DNA of 64,000 nucleotides from Candidatus Nanosyncoccus sp. (GCA_045649305.1 JAZRPR010000003.1:830-64829), one strand, 5' to 3'; positions 36,288 to 45,550 are shown, counted from the stretch's first letter. A program made the numbers and translations. Notes: generated from the letters alone by a model not told the origin.

Positions 36288-36674
36288 ATGGCTAGAATTG
36301 CTAGCGTTGTTATTCCTTCCGACAAACAGGTCTGGATTGCATTGACCTATGTTTACGGTATTGGTAGAACAACATCCAAAGCCATCCTTGCGGAGGCTAA
36401 AATCGAGCCTACCACTCGGGTGAAAGATCTCACCGAGGCTGAAGAACAGAAAATCAACGACATTATTTCCGCGAAATATCATGTTGAAGGTGATCTACGT
36501 CGTCTCGTGAGCAACAATATCAAACGCTTAAAGGATATCAACTCTTATAAAGGTATCCGCCACAAGGCCAAATTACCAGTCAACGGCCAACGTACTCGTA
36601 CGAACGCACGTACACGTAAGGGTAAGGCGATCGCGGTCGGTGGTGCACAACCAAAAGCAGCAAGTAAAACTTAG
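36288..36674 (+). CDS. rpsM: 30S ribosomal protein S13
   Basis: [40 protein letters not shown]. Confidence 0.98.
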   Translation: MARIASVVIPSDKQVWIALTYVYGIGRTTSKAILAEAKIEPTTRVKDLTEAEEQKINDIISAKYHVEGDLRRLVSNNIKRLKDINSYKGIRHKAKLPVNGQRTRTNARTRKGKAIAVGGAQPKAASKT

Positions 36675-36689
36675 AAAGGAGAATGAAAA

Positions 36690-37139
36690 ATGGCAGAAGA
36701 AGAAATTAAAACTACAACTGTCGCAGCTGAGCCAGAAGTCGAAGCTGAAAAAGCTCCTAAAGCTAAGTCTGCGAAAAAAGCTAAACGCGTTGTTACGGCT
36801 GGACAACTTCATATCCAAGCTACCTTTAACAACACCATCGTAAGCATTACCGATAAAAATGGTGGCATCCTCACCTCTTCATCCGCTGGCGCCAACGGCT
36901 TCCGCGGTTCCAAGAAGGGTACGGCTTATGCCGCTCAAATTGCCGCTGAAAAAGCACTTGAAAAAGCTAAGAAAGACTTTTCGCTCAATTCCGTTGACGT
37001 TTTCGTCAAAGGTATTGGCCTTGGTCGCGACAGCGCCATCCGCGCCGTCTCCAGCTTCGGCATTAAAATCGATAGCATTACTGATGTAACCCCTATCGCG
37101 CACGGTGGTGTGCGTCCTAAGGGAGAAAGGAAGCAATAA
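36690..37139 (+). CDS. rpsK: 30S ribosomal protein S11
   Basis: HIQATFNNTIV, GFRGSKKGT.YAAQ, DVTPIAHGG.RP. Confidence 0.98.
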   Translation: MAEEEIKTTTVAAEPEVEAEKAPKAKSAKKAKRVVTAGQLHIQATFNNTIVSITDKNGGILTSSSAGANGFRGSKKGTAYAAQIAAEKALEKAKKDFSLNSVDVFVKGIGLGRDSAIRAVSSFGIKIDSITDVTPIAHGGVRPKGERKQ

Positions 37140-37756
37140 TGGCTCGTGATCATTCCCCAATCGTAAAACAGAGCCGTCGTGAAGGTTTTGCTCTCGCTCC
37201 AAAAGCACATAAAGTTATGGCTAAGAAATCTGGTATTCCAGGTGAGCATGGCGATATGCGCGTACGTGGCGGTAGCCTCTACCTCACTCAGCTCCGCGAA
37301 AAGCAAAAAGTACGCCGTCTCTACGGTCTACTCGAAAAACAATTTGCAAATTTGATGAAAGAAGCCCAGAAGGCCGACGGCATGACCGGCGAGAAGCTCC
37401 TCGAACTCTTGGAGCGCCGTGCTGATAACGCTGTCTTCCGTGCAGGTTTCGCGACTACTCGTCGCCAAGCTCGCCAATTGGTTTCTCATGGACATTTCCT
37501 CCTGAACGGTCGTCGTATCGACATCCCTTCAATTCGTTTGAATCCAGGTGATGTGCTCGAAGTTCGTTCTCACTCCGCTAAAACTGAATACTTCAAGAAT
37601 ATTAATGACGTAATCAGTGCTTCCGGAGCTACTCCACTTTCATGGTTGAAAGCTGACGGGAAGAAATTGAAAATTGAAATCACCGGTTTACCGAAGCGCG
37701 AAGAAGCTGAGGTGGGCATTAATGAGCAATTAATCGTTGAGTATTACTCACGCTAA
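37139..37756 (+). CDS. rpsD: 30S ribosomal protein S4
   Basis: QLREKQKVRRLYG..EKQF, LERRADN.VFRAG, ARQLVSHGH. Confidence 0.98.
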   Translation: MARDHSPIVKQSRREGFALAPKAHKVMAKKSGIPGEHGDMRVRGGSLYLTQLREKQKVRRLYGLLEKQFANLMKEAQKADGMTGEKLLELLERRADNAVFRAGFATTRRQARQLVSHGHFLLNGRRIDIPSIRLNPGDVLEVRSHSAKTEYFKNINDVISASGATPLSWLKADGKKLKIEITGLPKREEAEVGINEQLIVEYYSR

Positions 37757-37771
37757 GGAGAAAACTAGAAT

Positions 37772-38722
37772 ATGACAACAAAAGTTATTCACGAAGCAAC
37801 ATTAGCTGGTGTCAAAGAGCTCGGAGAAAACAGTGCCGAATTTACCATCAAGCCACTTTACTATGGCTATGGCAATACTCTCGGTAACTCTCTTCGCCGC
37901 GTTCTCCTTTCAAGCGTGAAGGGTGCCGCTATCACGGCTTTCTCAATCGAAGGTTCGACTCATGAATTCGCAGCCATCAAAGGCATCCGCGAAGACATCG
38001 TCGATATCATGCTCAACTTGAAGAACATCCGTTTCAAATGCCACAACGACAATCCAGTCGAATTGACGCTTGAAATCAGGGGTGACAAACAATCAGAAAA
38101 AGATGGCGACAAGCGTGTTGTTGCTGGTGACATCAAACTCCCAGCCGACATTGAAGTCGCCAACCCAAATCAGGTCATCTGCCACATCGACGATCCAAAA
38201 TTCGTGCTCAAGATGCACTTTGTCGTCGAAACCGGCCGCGGCTACCTCACTATCGAGAAATCTGGTGAAGAACGCGTCCACGGCGATATGATCGCTCTTG
38301 ATGCTGTGTTTACTCCGGTTCTTCGTGTTCGCTACAAAGTTGAGAATACTCGTGTCGGCCAAGATACGAATTTGCAACAGCTTACTTTGACCATCGATAC
38401 CGACGGCACCATCACTCCAAAAGAAGCTTTTGAAGAAGCTGCCGCTATCTTGGTTAACCAATATACCGCCCTCGCTGGTAGCACCACTGTCGAATCTGCT
38501 CCAGCTCCAGGCCTTCAGTCTGAAGAAGATGATTCTAACCTCATGCTTCCAATTGAGGATTTGGATCTCTCCGCTAGGACCGCTAATGCACTTCTTAACA
38601 ACGATATCAAAACCGTTCGTGATCTCGTCATGCTCTCTGAGAATGATTTGAAAGATCTCAAAGGTTTTGGTACGAAGGCATTAGACGAAGTTAAAGAAAA
38701 ATTAACGGAGTTAAAATTCTAA
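37772..38722 (+). CDS. rpoA: RNA polymerase alpha subunit
   Basis: GNTLGNSLRRVLLSS, THEF..I.GIRED, alpha-CTD LDLSART.NAL..GFGTKALDEV. Confidence 0.98.
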   Translation: MTTKVIHEATLAGVKELGENSAEFTIKPLYYGYGNTLGNSLRRVLLSSVKGAAITAFSIEGSTHEFAAIKGIREDIVDIMLNLKNIRFKCHNDNPVELTLEIRGDKQSEKDGDKRVVAGDIKLPADIEVANPNQVICHIDDPKFVLKMHFVVETGRGYLTIEKSGEERVHGDMIALDAVFTPVLRVRYKVENTRVGQDTNLQQLTLTIDTDGTITPKEAFEEAAAILVNQYTALAGSTTVESAPAPGLQSEEDDSNLMLPIEDLDLSARTANALLNNDIKTVRDLVMLSENDLKDLKGFGTKALDEVKEKLTELKF

Positions 38723-38723
38723 T

Positions 38724-39107
38724 ATGCATCGCCACGGATACAAAGGCCGCAAGTTCGGCCGTGAAACCGACCAGAGGTTGGCACTCCGCCGCGGGCTGAT
38801 GTGCTCTCTGATTAAATATCAATCTATAACAACTACTCTTGCTAAGGCTAAAGAGATTCGCCGTGACGCCGAGAAGCTTGTTACCATCGCCAAAAAAGGT
38901 GGTCTTGCTAATCGCCGTCTCGTGATTGCTCGCCTTAACGACATCGAGGTCGCTGATCTTTTGGTTGACGTTATCGCCCCACAGATCAAACGCGATTCTG
39001 GCTACCTCAGAATTGAGCGTGCCGGCACCCGCAAGGGCGACAACTCTGAAATGGCTACCATTTCCTTTGTCGACGAGATTAGCCTTGAGAAAAAGGAGGC
39101 TAAATAA
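38724..39107 (+). CDS. rplQ: 50S ribosomal protein L17
   Basis: MHRH...RKFGR, ITTTLAKAKE, GYLRI, R.GDNSEMA.I. Confidence 0.97.
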   Translation: MHRHGYKGRKFGRETDQRLALRRGLMCSLIKYQSITTTLAKAKEIRRDAEKLVTIAKKGGLANRRLVIARLNDIEVADLLVDVIAPQIKRDSGYLRIERAGTRKGDNSEMATISFVDEISLEKKEAK

Positions 39108-39532
39108 TGAAAACCTATTCCCAAAAAGGTTCAGAAGTTAGCCGCGACTGGTGGGTAATTGATGCTTCGACTTTGCCACTAGGCAAACTCGCTGTCGTCA
39201 TTGCCGACAAATTGATGGGTAAATCCAAAGTAACCTACACCCCACATATCGATAACGGTGACTACGTCGTCGTTACCAACGCCAAGCACCTCGTCGTGAC
39301 TGGCAACAAAATGGTCGATAAAAAATATTATCGCCACAGTGGATTCCCAGGTGGTTTGACTGAGCTTAAACTCGAGGAAGTTCTTGAAAAAGATCCTACC
39401 CTCGCTATCAAAGCCGCAGTCAAAGGAATGCTCCCGAAGAACAAACTTGCAGCTGATCGTATGGCTCGTCTTCGCGTCTTCGAAGGCGCCGAGCACGCTC
39501 ACACTGCTCAAAATCCAAAGGAGATTAAATAA
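39107..39532 (+). CDS. rplM: 50S ribosomal protein L13
   Basis: WWVIDA...LGKLA, YTPHIDNGDYVVV.NA, YYRHSGFPGGL, GMLPKN. Confidence 0.98.
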   Translation: MKTYSQKGSEVSRDWWVIDASTLPLGKLAVVIADKLMGKSKVTYTPHIDNGDYVVVTNAKHLVVTGNKMVDKKYYRHSGFPGGLTELKLEEVLEKDPTLAIKAAVKGMLPKNKLAADRMARLRVFEGAEHAHTAQNPKEIK

Positions 39533-39936
39533 TGGCTACTGCTAAATCAACTTATACCTATGGCCTTGGCCGCCGCAAAGCTGCGACCGCTACCGCCCGC
39601 CTTTACAAAGGCAAAGGTAACATTACCATCAACGACAAGCCAGCACTCGAATATCTCTCTGGTAACAAAACTTACCTTGCTGAGATTACCGATCCACTAG
39701 CTCTCGTTAGCAAGCAAAAAGACTACGACATCACTATCCTTGTTAAAGGTGGTGGTCTCGCTGGTCAAGTTGACGCTATTAAACTCGCTATTTCCAAAGC
39801 TCTTACTGTCGAAGCTGCTGATCTTCGCCCAGTCCTTAAGAAAGCTGGATTCATCAAACGTGATCCACGCGAAAAGGAACGCAAGAAATACGGTCTTCGC
39901 TCTGCTCGTAAGAAAGAACAGTTCAGCAAGCGTTAA
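39532..39936 (+). CDS. rpsI: 30S ribosomal protein S9
   Basis: GLGRRK.ATA, VKGGGLAGQ, RDPREKERKKYGL.SARK.EQFSKR. Confidence 0.98.
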   Translation: MATAKSTYTYGLGRRKAATATARLYKGKGNITINDKPALEYLSGNKTYLAEITDPLALVSKQKDYDITILVKGGGLAGQVDAIKLAISKALTVEAADLRPVLKKAGFIKRDPREKERKKYGLRSARKKEQFSKR

Positions 39937-39941
39937 TAAGC

Positions 39942-40056
39942 AATCAAAACAAGTACCAATTCGGGGGATTCCGGAGCGCGGCAGCGCGAGGATTAGCGCC
40001 GGCCACCCATGCCGATGGGCCGGCCGGACGCGACCCCGATTGGTGCTTTTTTGATT
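39942..40056. repeat. 115-bp long-stem element with GC-rich branched core after rpsI
   Basis: AATCAAAA..AAGTACCAAT-CGGGG pairs with CCCCG-ATTGGTGCTT..TTTTGATT; internal TCCGG/CCGGA, CGCG/CGCG, GCCGG/CCGGC, CCCAT/ATGGG. Confidence 0.7.
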
Positions 40057-40089
40057 GTTGTCTTCACTGTATGCTATAATGTTCTCTAT

Positions 40090-40165
40090 GGGGCGTTAGC
40101 TCAGCTGATAGAGCGCGGCATTCGCATTGCCGAGGTCAGGAGTTTGATTCTCCTACGCTCCACCA
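40090..40165 (+). tRNA. tRNA-Ala(CGC), A19/U56 variant
   Basis: GGGGCGT/ACGCTCC with G3:U70, CGGCA-TTCGCAT-TGCCG, encoded CCA; TGcTATAAT box just upstream. Confidence 0.95.
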
Positions 40166-40199
40166 TTTTTTTGCGCCAAAACTCCTGGAACTTCGTAAA

Positions 40200-40228
40200 C
40201 AGGAGTTTGATTCTCCTACGCTCCACCA
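40200..40228 (+). repeat. Exact 29-bp duplication of the tRNA-Ala(CGC) 3' end
   Basis: CAGGAGTTTGATTCTCCTACGCTCCACCA at 40137-40165 and 40200-40228. Confidence 0.95.
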
Positions 40229-40244
40229 TAATAAGAATTCAACA

Positions 40245-40275
40245 CAAAAAATAAGCCCCGTAGGGCTTATTTTTG
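40245..40275. terminator. Bidirectional terminator between tRNA-Ala and glyA
   Basis: AAAAATAAGCCC-cgta-GGGCTTATTTTT. Confidence 0.8.
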
Positions 40276-41676
40276 TTAGATAGCAGGCACAGGGAAGCGG
40301 ACCGCAAGCTCGCGGACTTCTTCGCGGATACCGTTAAGTTCATCCAAGTAATTCGCCAGATTTTCCTCAGTTTCAGCTTTCTTACAGATTTTAGCAACCT
40401 TGTCCATCCAGCCGGCCAAGATTTTCATTTCTTCCACGCCGAGACCACGGGTCGTGATAGCCGGAGTGCCTAAACGAACGCCAGATGGGCGGAAGGCACC
40501 ACCTTTATCGGAGGCCACGGCATTGGCGTTAAGAGTAAGACCAACCATATCGAGCGCACGCTCGTAGATTTTGCCATCAAAGCCAAAGCTCTTCTTGACA
40601 TCGGCCAAAATCAGGTGGTTTTCGGTGCCATCGCCTTGCAGGATGAACCCGTAACCCTTGAGCTCTTCGGCCAAAGTCTTGGCATTTTTAACGATGTTAG
40701 CAGCGTATTCCTTAAACTCTGGCTGTAAATCCTCGCCAAAGGCCACAGCCTTGGCGGCAATTACGTGCTCGAGTGGACCACCCTGGGTGCCAGGGAAGAC
40801 CGCGCGGTCAATCAAGATAGGAATATTGGCCAAAGTCTTTTCTGGTTTCTTGAGCGGGGAAGCAACGTTGCCTTTTGATAGGATGATACCGCCGCGTGGA
40901 CCACGCAAGGTCTTGTGGGTCGTAGTAGTCATCACGTCGAAGCCATGCTCCAAAGGATTTGGGTGCACGCCACCGGCAATCAGGCCTGCTACGTGGGCCA
41001 TATCGGCCATTAAGAGAATCTCATGGCCAAACTTCTCTTCGGCTTTCTTGCGGATTTCAGCTACGCGGTCGAAATCAGGGATTTTCATAAAGGCAGAATA
41101 GCCAACCAGGATGATCTTTGGATCGCGCTCAAGAGCCTTCTGCTCAATATCGGCATAATCAAGATCGCCATTCTCGGCTACGCCATAGCCTACGAAATTA
41201 TAGACGTGGGCAGACAGGGTTACTGGAGCGCCGTGGGTTAAGTGACCACCGGCTGGCAAAGACATGCCGAGTACGGTGTCGCCTGGCTCGAGCCAAGCAA
41301 AGTAAACGGCGGTATTGGCCTGGGCACCAGAATGTGGCTGCACGTTGGCATGATCAGCCTTAAACAAGCGGCAAGCGCGGTCGATTGCGATGCGTTCGAC
41401 GCGGTCGATATTCTCTTGGCCACCATAGTAGCGATAGTTTGGTAAAACTTCGTCAGCGATGCGGCTTTCGCCCCATTCTTCAAAGTTCGGGTCATCAGCG
41501 CGGCCACAACCGACGCCATCAAAATGTGGGTAGCCCTCGGAATATTTATTAGTTAAAACTGAGCCCATTGCTTCGAGTACGGCAGCCGAGACGTAGTTTT
41601 CGCTCGGAATTAGCTCTAGGCCTTCGCTTTGCCTCTTTTTCTCACCCTCAATTAAATCAAATATCGGATCTTTCAT
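40276..41676 (-). CDS. glyA: Serine hydroxymethyltransferase
   Basis: LELIPSENY, NVQPHSGAQAN, GGHLTHG, TTTTHKTLRGPRGG (PLP Lys), PSGVRLGTPA.TTRG. Confidence 0.97.
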   Translation of the reverse strand: MKDPIFDLIEGEKKRQSEGLELIPSENYVSAAVLEAMGSVLTNKYSEGYPHFDGVGCGRADDPNFEEWGESRIADEVLPNYRYYGGQENIDRVERIAIDRACRLFKADHANVQPHSGAQANTAVYFAWLEPGDTVLGMSLPAGGHLTHGAPVTLSAHVYNFVGYGVAENGDLDYADIEQKALERDPKIILVGYSAFMKIPDFDRVAEIRKKAEEKFGHEILLMADMAHVAGLIAGGVHPNPLEHGFDVMTTTTHKTLRGPRGGIILSKGNVASPLKKPEKTLANIPILIDRAVFPGTQGGPLEHVIAAKAVAFGEDLQPEFKEYAANIVKNAKTLAEELKGYGFILQGDGTENHLILADVKKSFGFDGKIYERALDMVGLTLNANAVASDKGGAFRPSGVRLGTPAITTRGLGVEEMKILAGWMDKVAKICKKAETEENLANYLDELNGIREEVRELAVRFPVPAI

Positions 41677-41685
41677 AGTAACTCC

Positions 41686-42165
41686 TTAATTAATTTTGGT
41701 ATATTTGGCAAAAGCGTAGGTTAAATCATCGCTTGTCCCTCTCTTTGTTATAGTTTTATTATATAGGGTTTTATCAAATTCTGGGAAAAATACGTCCGCG
41801 TCAGCGGCGGCATCGATCTCGGTAAGATAAAGAGTGGTTGCATATGGCAATAATTGTGCATATACGCTAGCGCCACCAATTACAAACACCTCTTCATTAG
41901 TATCGAGGTTGTCCTTGATAAACTTCTCGAGATCGGTGACTGGCGTAACATCTTCTGGCAAGCTTTCTGGGTTACGAGTTAATACGTAATTTTTGCGGCC
42001 TGGCAGGGCGCGACCAATACTTTCAAAAGTCGTTAGCCCCATCAAAACCGGATGACCCATCGTGGTCTCCTTGAAGAATTTCATATCCTCTTTGATATTA
42101 AAAACCAGACCGCCTTTTTTGCCGAGCTCATTGTTTTTGCCAACTGCTGCGATAATCGAAAACAT
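41686..42165 (-). CDS. folA: Dihydrofolate reductase
   Basis: IAAVGKNNELG, DMKFFKETTMGHPVLMG..TFESIGRALPGRKN.VL, FVIGGA.VY, DVFFPE. Confidence 0.96.
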   Translation of the reverse strand: MFSIIAAVGKNNELGKKGGLVFNIKEDMKFFKETTMGHPVLMGLTTFESIGRALPGRKNYVLTRNPESLPEDVTPVTDLEKFIKDNLDTNEEVFVIGGASVYAQLLPYATTLYLTEIDAAADADVFFPEFDKTLYNKTITKRGTSDDLTYAFAKYTKIN

Positions 42166-42166
42166 A

Positions 42167-43105
42167 TTACTCCGTTACCGGCATCGAGATTTTGCCTTGA
42201 TGCTCATAATTTTCTAGTTTAATATCTTTGAGCTCTTTGGAGTTATCAAACTTAAAGAAGTCCTTAATTTCTGGGTTGATCCAGAGTTTTGGCGCATCAA
42301 ACAATTTGCCGTCCTTCTTTAGCTTTTCATCGCGGCGGGCGAGCTGTTCTTTGATGCCGTCGATTTGGTTTTCGTAAATATGGGCATTATTAATCACATA
42401 GGTAAACTGACCAGGTTTGAGGCCGGTAGCTTGGGCGATCAAATGGCAGAGCACAGCGTATTGGGCGACGTTAAATGGCATGCCTAGTGGCACGTCATTG
42501 GAGCGTACGGTTACCATCATATTGAGGCGGTCGCCGGTGACGTTCCATTGTGAGTTCCAAACGCAGGATGGCAAAGCGGCGGTTGGTAACCATTCGTTTT
42601 GCCAGAGCGACATAATCATACGGCGGTTAGCCGGGTCGGTTTTGAGAGTTTCAATAAGCGATGGTGTGAGCTGATATTTATTAACAATCCAACCGTAGGC
42701 AGTGCCGATGGTGTGGGCAAATTCTTTGCCGAAATGCTTGCCCATGTAGTCGCCATTTTCATCAATCTCCCATTCGTCCCAAATTTTAATGCCACGGTCG
42801 TGTAGCCAGCGGACATCGTTGCTCATAGCTTGATAAATCCAGAGCATCTCGAGCACGGCGGTCTTAAACGCGACGAACTTAGTGGTCAGAATCGGGAATT
42901 CTTCCTGCAGGTCAAATTGTAAAACCTGATGAGGTAGCGAATAAGTGGTTGTCGGTTTAGCGGTCTGGGCAACGTGAGTTGGCATATTGGTGCCAGTCGA
43001 AGCGGCCGTTTTCTTGCTTAAGACTTTTGGGTCAGTGGTAACTTTCTCGCCATATTTTAAGATTCTCTCGCAGAGATCCAGATACGACTCATCAAATTTG
43101 CTCAT
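42167..43105 (-). CDS. thyA: Thymidylate synthase
   Basis: FPILTTK, IWDEW, ALPSC (catalytic Cys), RSND.PLG.PFN.AQY, HIYENQ. Confidence 0.96.
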   Translation of the reverse strand: MSKFDESYLDLCERILKYGEKVTTDPKVLSKKTAASTGTNMPTHVAQTAKPTTTYSLPHQVLQFDLQEEFPILTTKFVAFKTAVLEMLWIYQAMSNDVRWLHDRGIKIWDEWEIDENGDYMGKHFGKEFAHTIGTAYGWIVNKYQLTPSLIETLKTDPANRRMIMSLWQNEWLPTAALPSCVWNSQWNVTGDRLNMMVTVRSNDVPLGMPFNVAQYAVLCHLIAQATGLKPGQFTYVINNAHIYENQIDGIKEQLARRDEKLKKDGKLFDAPKLWINPEIKDFFKFDNSKELKDIKLENYEHQGKISMPVTE

Positions 43106-43177
43106 AAAACCTCCTTTAATAATATTATTTTAGCATAAAAAAGGCCTAGACAATCATGGTTTGTCTAGGCCAAAAGG

Positions 43178-44179
43178 TTACGTGTGGGTGTTCTTCTTGG
43201 CATTTCTCCGCCGAGAAGAACTTTCCTGTTTGTTCTTCTGCTCTTTTTCCAGATCATTGATGAATCCCGGCAGCCAGCCCATCACGACTGCACCAGTATC
43301 CTTATCGAGGACCTGGCCCTCGGCATCTCTTACGAAATTACCATTCTGATCTCTCTGTCCGCGAACTTCTTCCGCGAAAGACAACGTAATTTCCAAGAAG
43401 ATACGAGTGTGCTCGCCGAGCACCAGCTTGGGATTGTTGATAAATGCGTTGCAGAGCCAAATGTCGGCATTGCGCCAGTCGCCAGTAATCCTGAACGCGG
43501 CCTGATCCTGATCGGTGACTTTCGTCTTGATGTTTGCCCAACCGGTCCGGCCGGAAGCTTCGAGCTCGAGATTGTAATAAACGGCGTCGAACTTGTCGAC
43601 CGAGAAACCGAGTATGCCAACTGCAGAAGATTTATCCTGCATTTCTTTGAACATCCTCGTGACGACTTCTTTCCAATGTGCTGAGCAATTGCTCTTCGTC
43701 AGGATGTCATCGACCTCAGCAAGTTCTTCTTTGTCCTTAGCCTTCTCGTCCCTAGTGCCATCCGAGGGAATGTCGCCAGAATTGCCCTCGCCAACTTCGT
43801 GCCAAGTTACCAATGTACTCAGAAGCAGATACATATTATCTTCGCCGTTGTAGCGTTTCTTCTCCTGGGGCGTAAAGAAATGATCGAAAACCTCCGGATA
43901 ATGCATCATCAGGAGATTTACAACATTTTTACAGCCGTCACAGTGCTCCTGGTCGGACTGACCACGGTTCTTGAAGAATCTGCCTTCTAAGTTAGCGTCG
44001 TATTCAGCCTGCTCGGCTTTGCCGTAGCAACCGGAAATATAGAATCCGGCCCGCTTTACATTGCATAAATTATTCAACTTTCTATACGAATATACAAAAC
44101 CCCTACCTCTTCTTGTTGCACGGATATCCAAAAATATCACCACCTTCTTAAAGTTCTCCCACACAACCTTTTGGGCCAT
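43178..44179 (-). CDS. HD-domain phosphohydrolase (YfbR/HDDC2-like pattern); start uncertain
   Basis: QSDQEH...WHEVGEGNSGDIP...KEELAE...DKFDA spacing resembles H..HD..E..GD..D. The track ATG overlaps a TATAAT box, so the true start is probably downstream. Confidence 0.55.
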   Translation of the reverse strand: MAQKVVWENFKKVVIFLDIRATRRGRGFVYSYRKLNNLCNVKRAGFYISGCYGKAEQAEYDANLEGRFFKNRGQSDQEHCDGCKNVVNLLMMHYPEVFDHFFTPQEKKRYNGEDNMYLLLSTLVTWHEVGEGNSGDIPSDGTRDEKAKDKEELAEVDDILTKSNCSAHWKEVVTRMFKEMQDKSSAVGILGFSVDKFDAVYYNLELEASGRTGWANIKTKVTDQDQAAFRITGDWRNADIWLCNAFINNPKLVLGEHTRIFLEITLSFAEEVRGQRDQNGNFVRDAEGQVLDKDTGAVVMGWLPGFINDLEKEQKNKQESSSRRRNAKKNTHT

Positions 44180-44216
44180 TATAGCATACCGAAAATTTTT
44201 ATGCTAAAATTAAATT

Positions 44217-45494
44217 ATGGATAGGGAAAAGAGTGTTTTTAATATCAAAGAACCCATCATCATTCTTGTGGGGACAATTTTAATCTGCGTTGGGGCCATT
44301 TTGGCGTTTCTGACATTTGGTAATCGCACCGAAACTAACAACAAAGAAATACCAACATTTAATATTTCTTTGAACGGATTTACTATTGAAGAATTCCAGC
44401 AAGGTGGTAAAAAAACCAAGCATCCGGGTAACACCGTTGCGGTAACTAGTGCTGGCGAAACCACCACTTACGAAAACGTCGAAATGCGCGGTCGCGGTAA
44501 CCACACCTGGACTTTGCCAAAACCACCATTCCAGCTAAAATTCTCTGATTCGATCGACTTCTTTGGCCTCGGCGAATCCAAAACCTGGGTCCTACTCGCC
44601 AATTATGAAGACGCATCCAACCTCAGAAACGACATCGCCTTTAAACTAGCGGATATGCTAGACGAAAAATACGCCGTCCAAGGCGAATTCGTGAAGGTGA
44701 TAGCAGATGATGGCTATCTCGGCGTTTATTACCTTACGCACAAGATGGAGACGAAAAAGAACTCAGTTGGCCTTAAAGATAAATATGGTGTTCTGATGGA
44801 AGTCGACAACATCCATCGCGTCAACGAGGACTGTATTGTCACTAGCCACAATACCTGCATGACCATCAAAGACACGGTTGCTGACGAAGATGAGGAAGCG
44901 GAAATCCGTGCTGCTGCCGTCCAGGCCTTTATGGATGATTACAATAGATACGAAACCGCCATCGACGCCAAAGATTACGCGGCCGCAGCTGAAATTGTCG
45001 ATATGGAATCCTTCGCGCAGTACTTCTTGATTAGCGAATTCTCGGTCAACCCGGATGCCTACGCCTCAAGCTTCTACTTCTACAAGGATGGCCTAGACGA
45101 CAAACTTCACGTTGGTCCAATCTGGGACTTCGACTTTGCCTTCGCTAATCCAAACTGGGTTTGGAACACCGGTGACAGCGTCTATTCGCCATACGTCACG
45201 ACGGCCCTCAGAGATGCCCCAGATCCAGACCATAACAGTACTCGCGAAATCTATGCACTCCTAGATACGCCTGAGTTTATGGCTGAAATCAAGCGCGTGT
45301 TCAAGGATAAACTCTCCGGCAAGGGCGAAGAATTGGTGTCATATGTTGAAGATCGTGCTGCCCTAATTAAAGAGGACACTATAGCTAATGCTGACCGCTG
45401 GACATTAAATGATGCGATGGGGAATACCGACGACCTAATCGACTGGGTACGCCGTCGCTTCGATTACTTTGAGTTTACTTACGGACGAGACTAA
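44217..45494 (+). CDS. CotH-family kinase-fold extracellular protein
   Basis: N-terminal TM; RGRGN.TW..PK.PFQLK, WVLLANY.D.S.LRN, YLGVY.LT, N.D, GPIWDFDFAF. Confidence 0.85.
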   Translation: MDREKSVFNIKEPIIILVGTILICVGAILAFLTFGNRTETNNKEIPTFNISLNGFTIEEFQQGGKKTKHPGNTVAVTSAGETTTYENVEMRGRGNHTWTLPKPPFQLKFSDSIDFFGLGESKTWVLLANYEDASNLRNDIAFKLADMLDEKYAVQGEFVKVIADDGYLGVYYLTHKMETKKNSVGLKDKYGVLMEVDNIHRVNEDCIVTSHNTCMTIKDTVADEDEEAEIRAAAVQAFMDDYNRYETAIDAKDYAAAAEIVDMESFAQYFLISEFSVNPDAYASSFYFYKDGLDDKLHVGPIWDFDFAFANPNWVWNTGDSVYSPYVTTALRDAPDPDHNSTREIYALLDTPEFMAEIKRVFKDKLSGKGEELVSYVEDRAALIKEDTIANADRWTLNDAMGNTDDLIDWVRRRFDYFEFTYGRD

Positions 45495-45550
45495 ATTTTT
45501 GGAATAAAAAATGGTCTATCCGCTACGCGGAAGACCACAGGGCGTCACTT

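Noticed and set aside
42940-43050. N-terminal insertion in ThyA replacing the usual RTG loop, as possible intein or intron
   Set aside because: Only ~20 aa, in frame, with no splice motifs; this loop varies among ThyA subfamilies.
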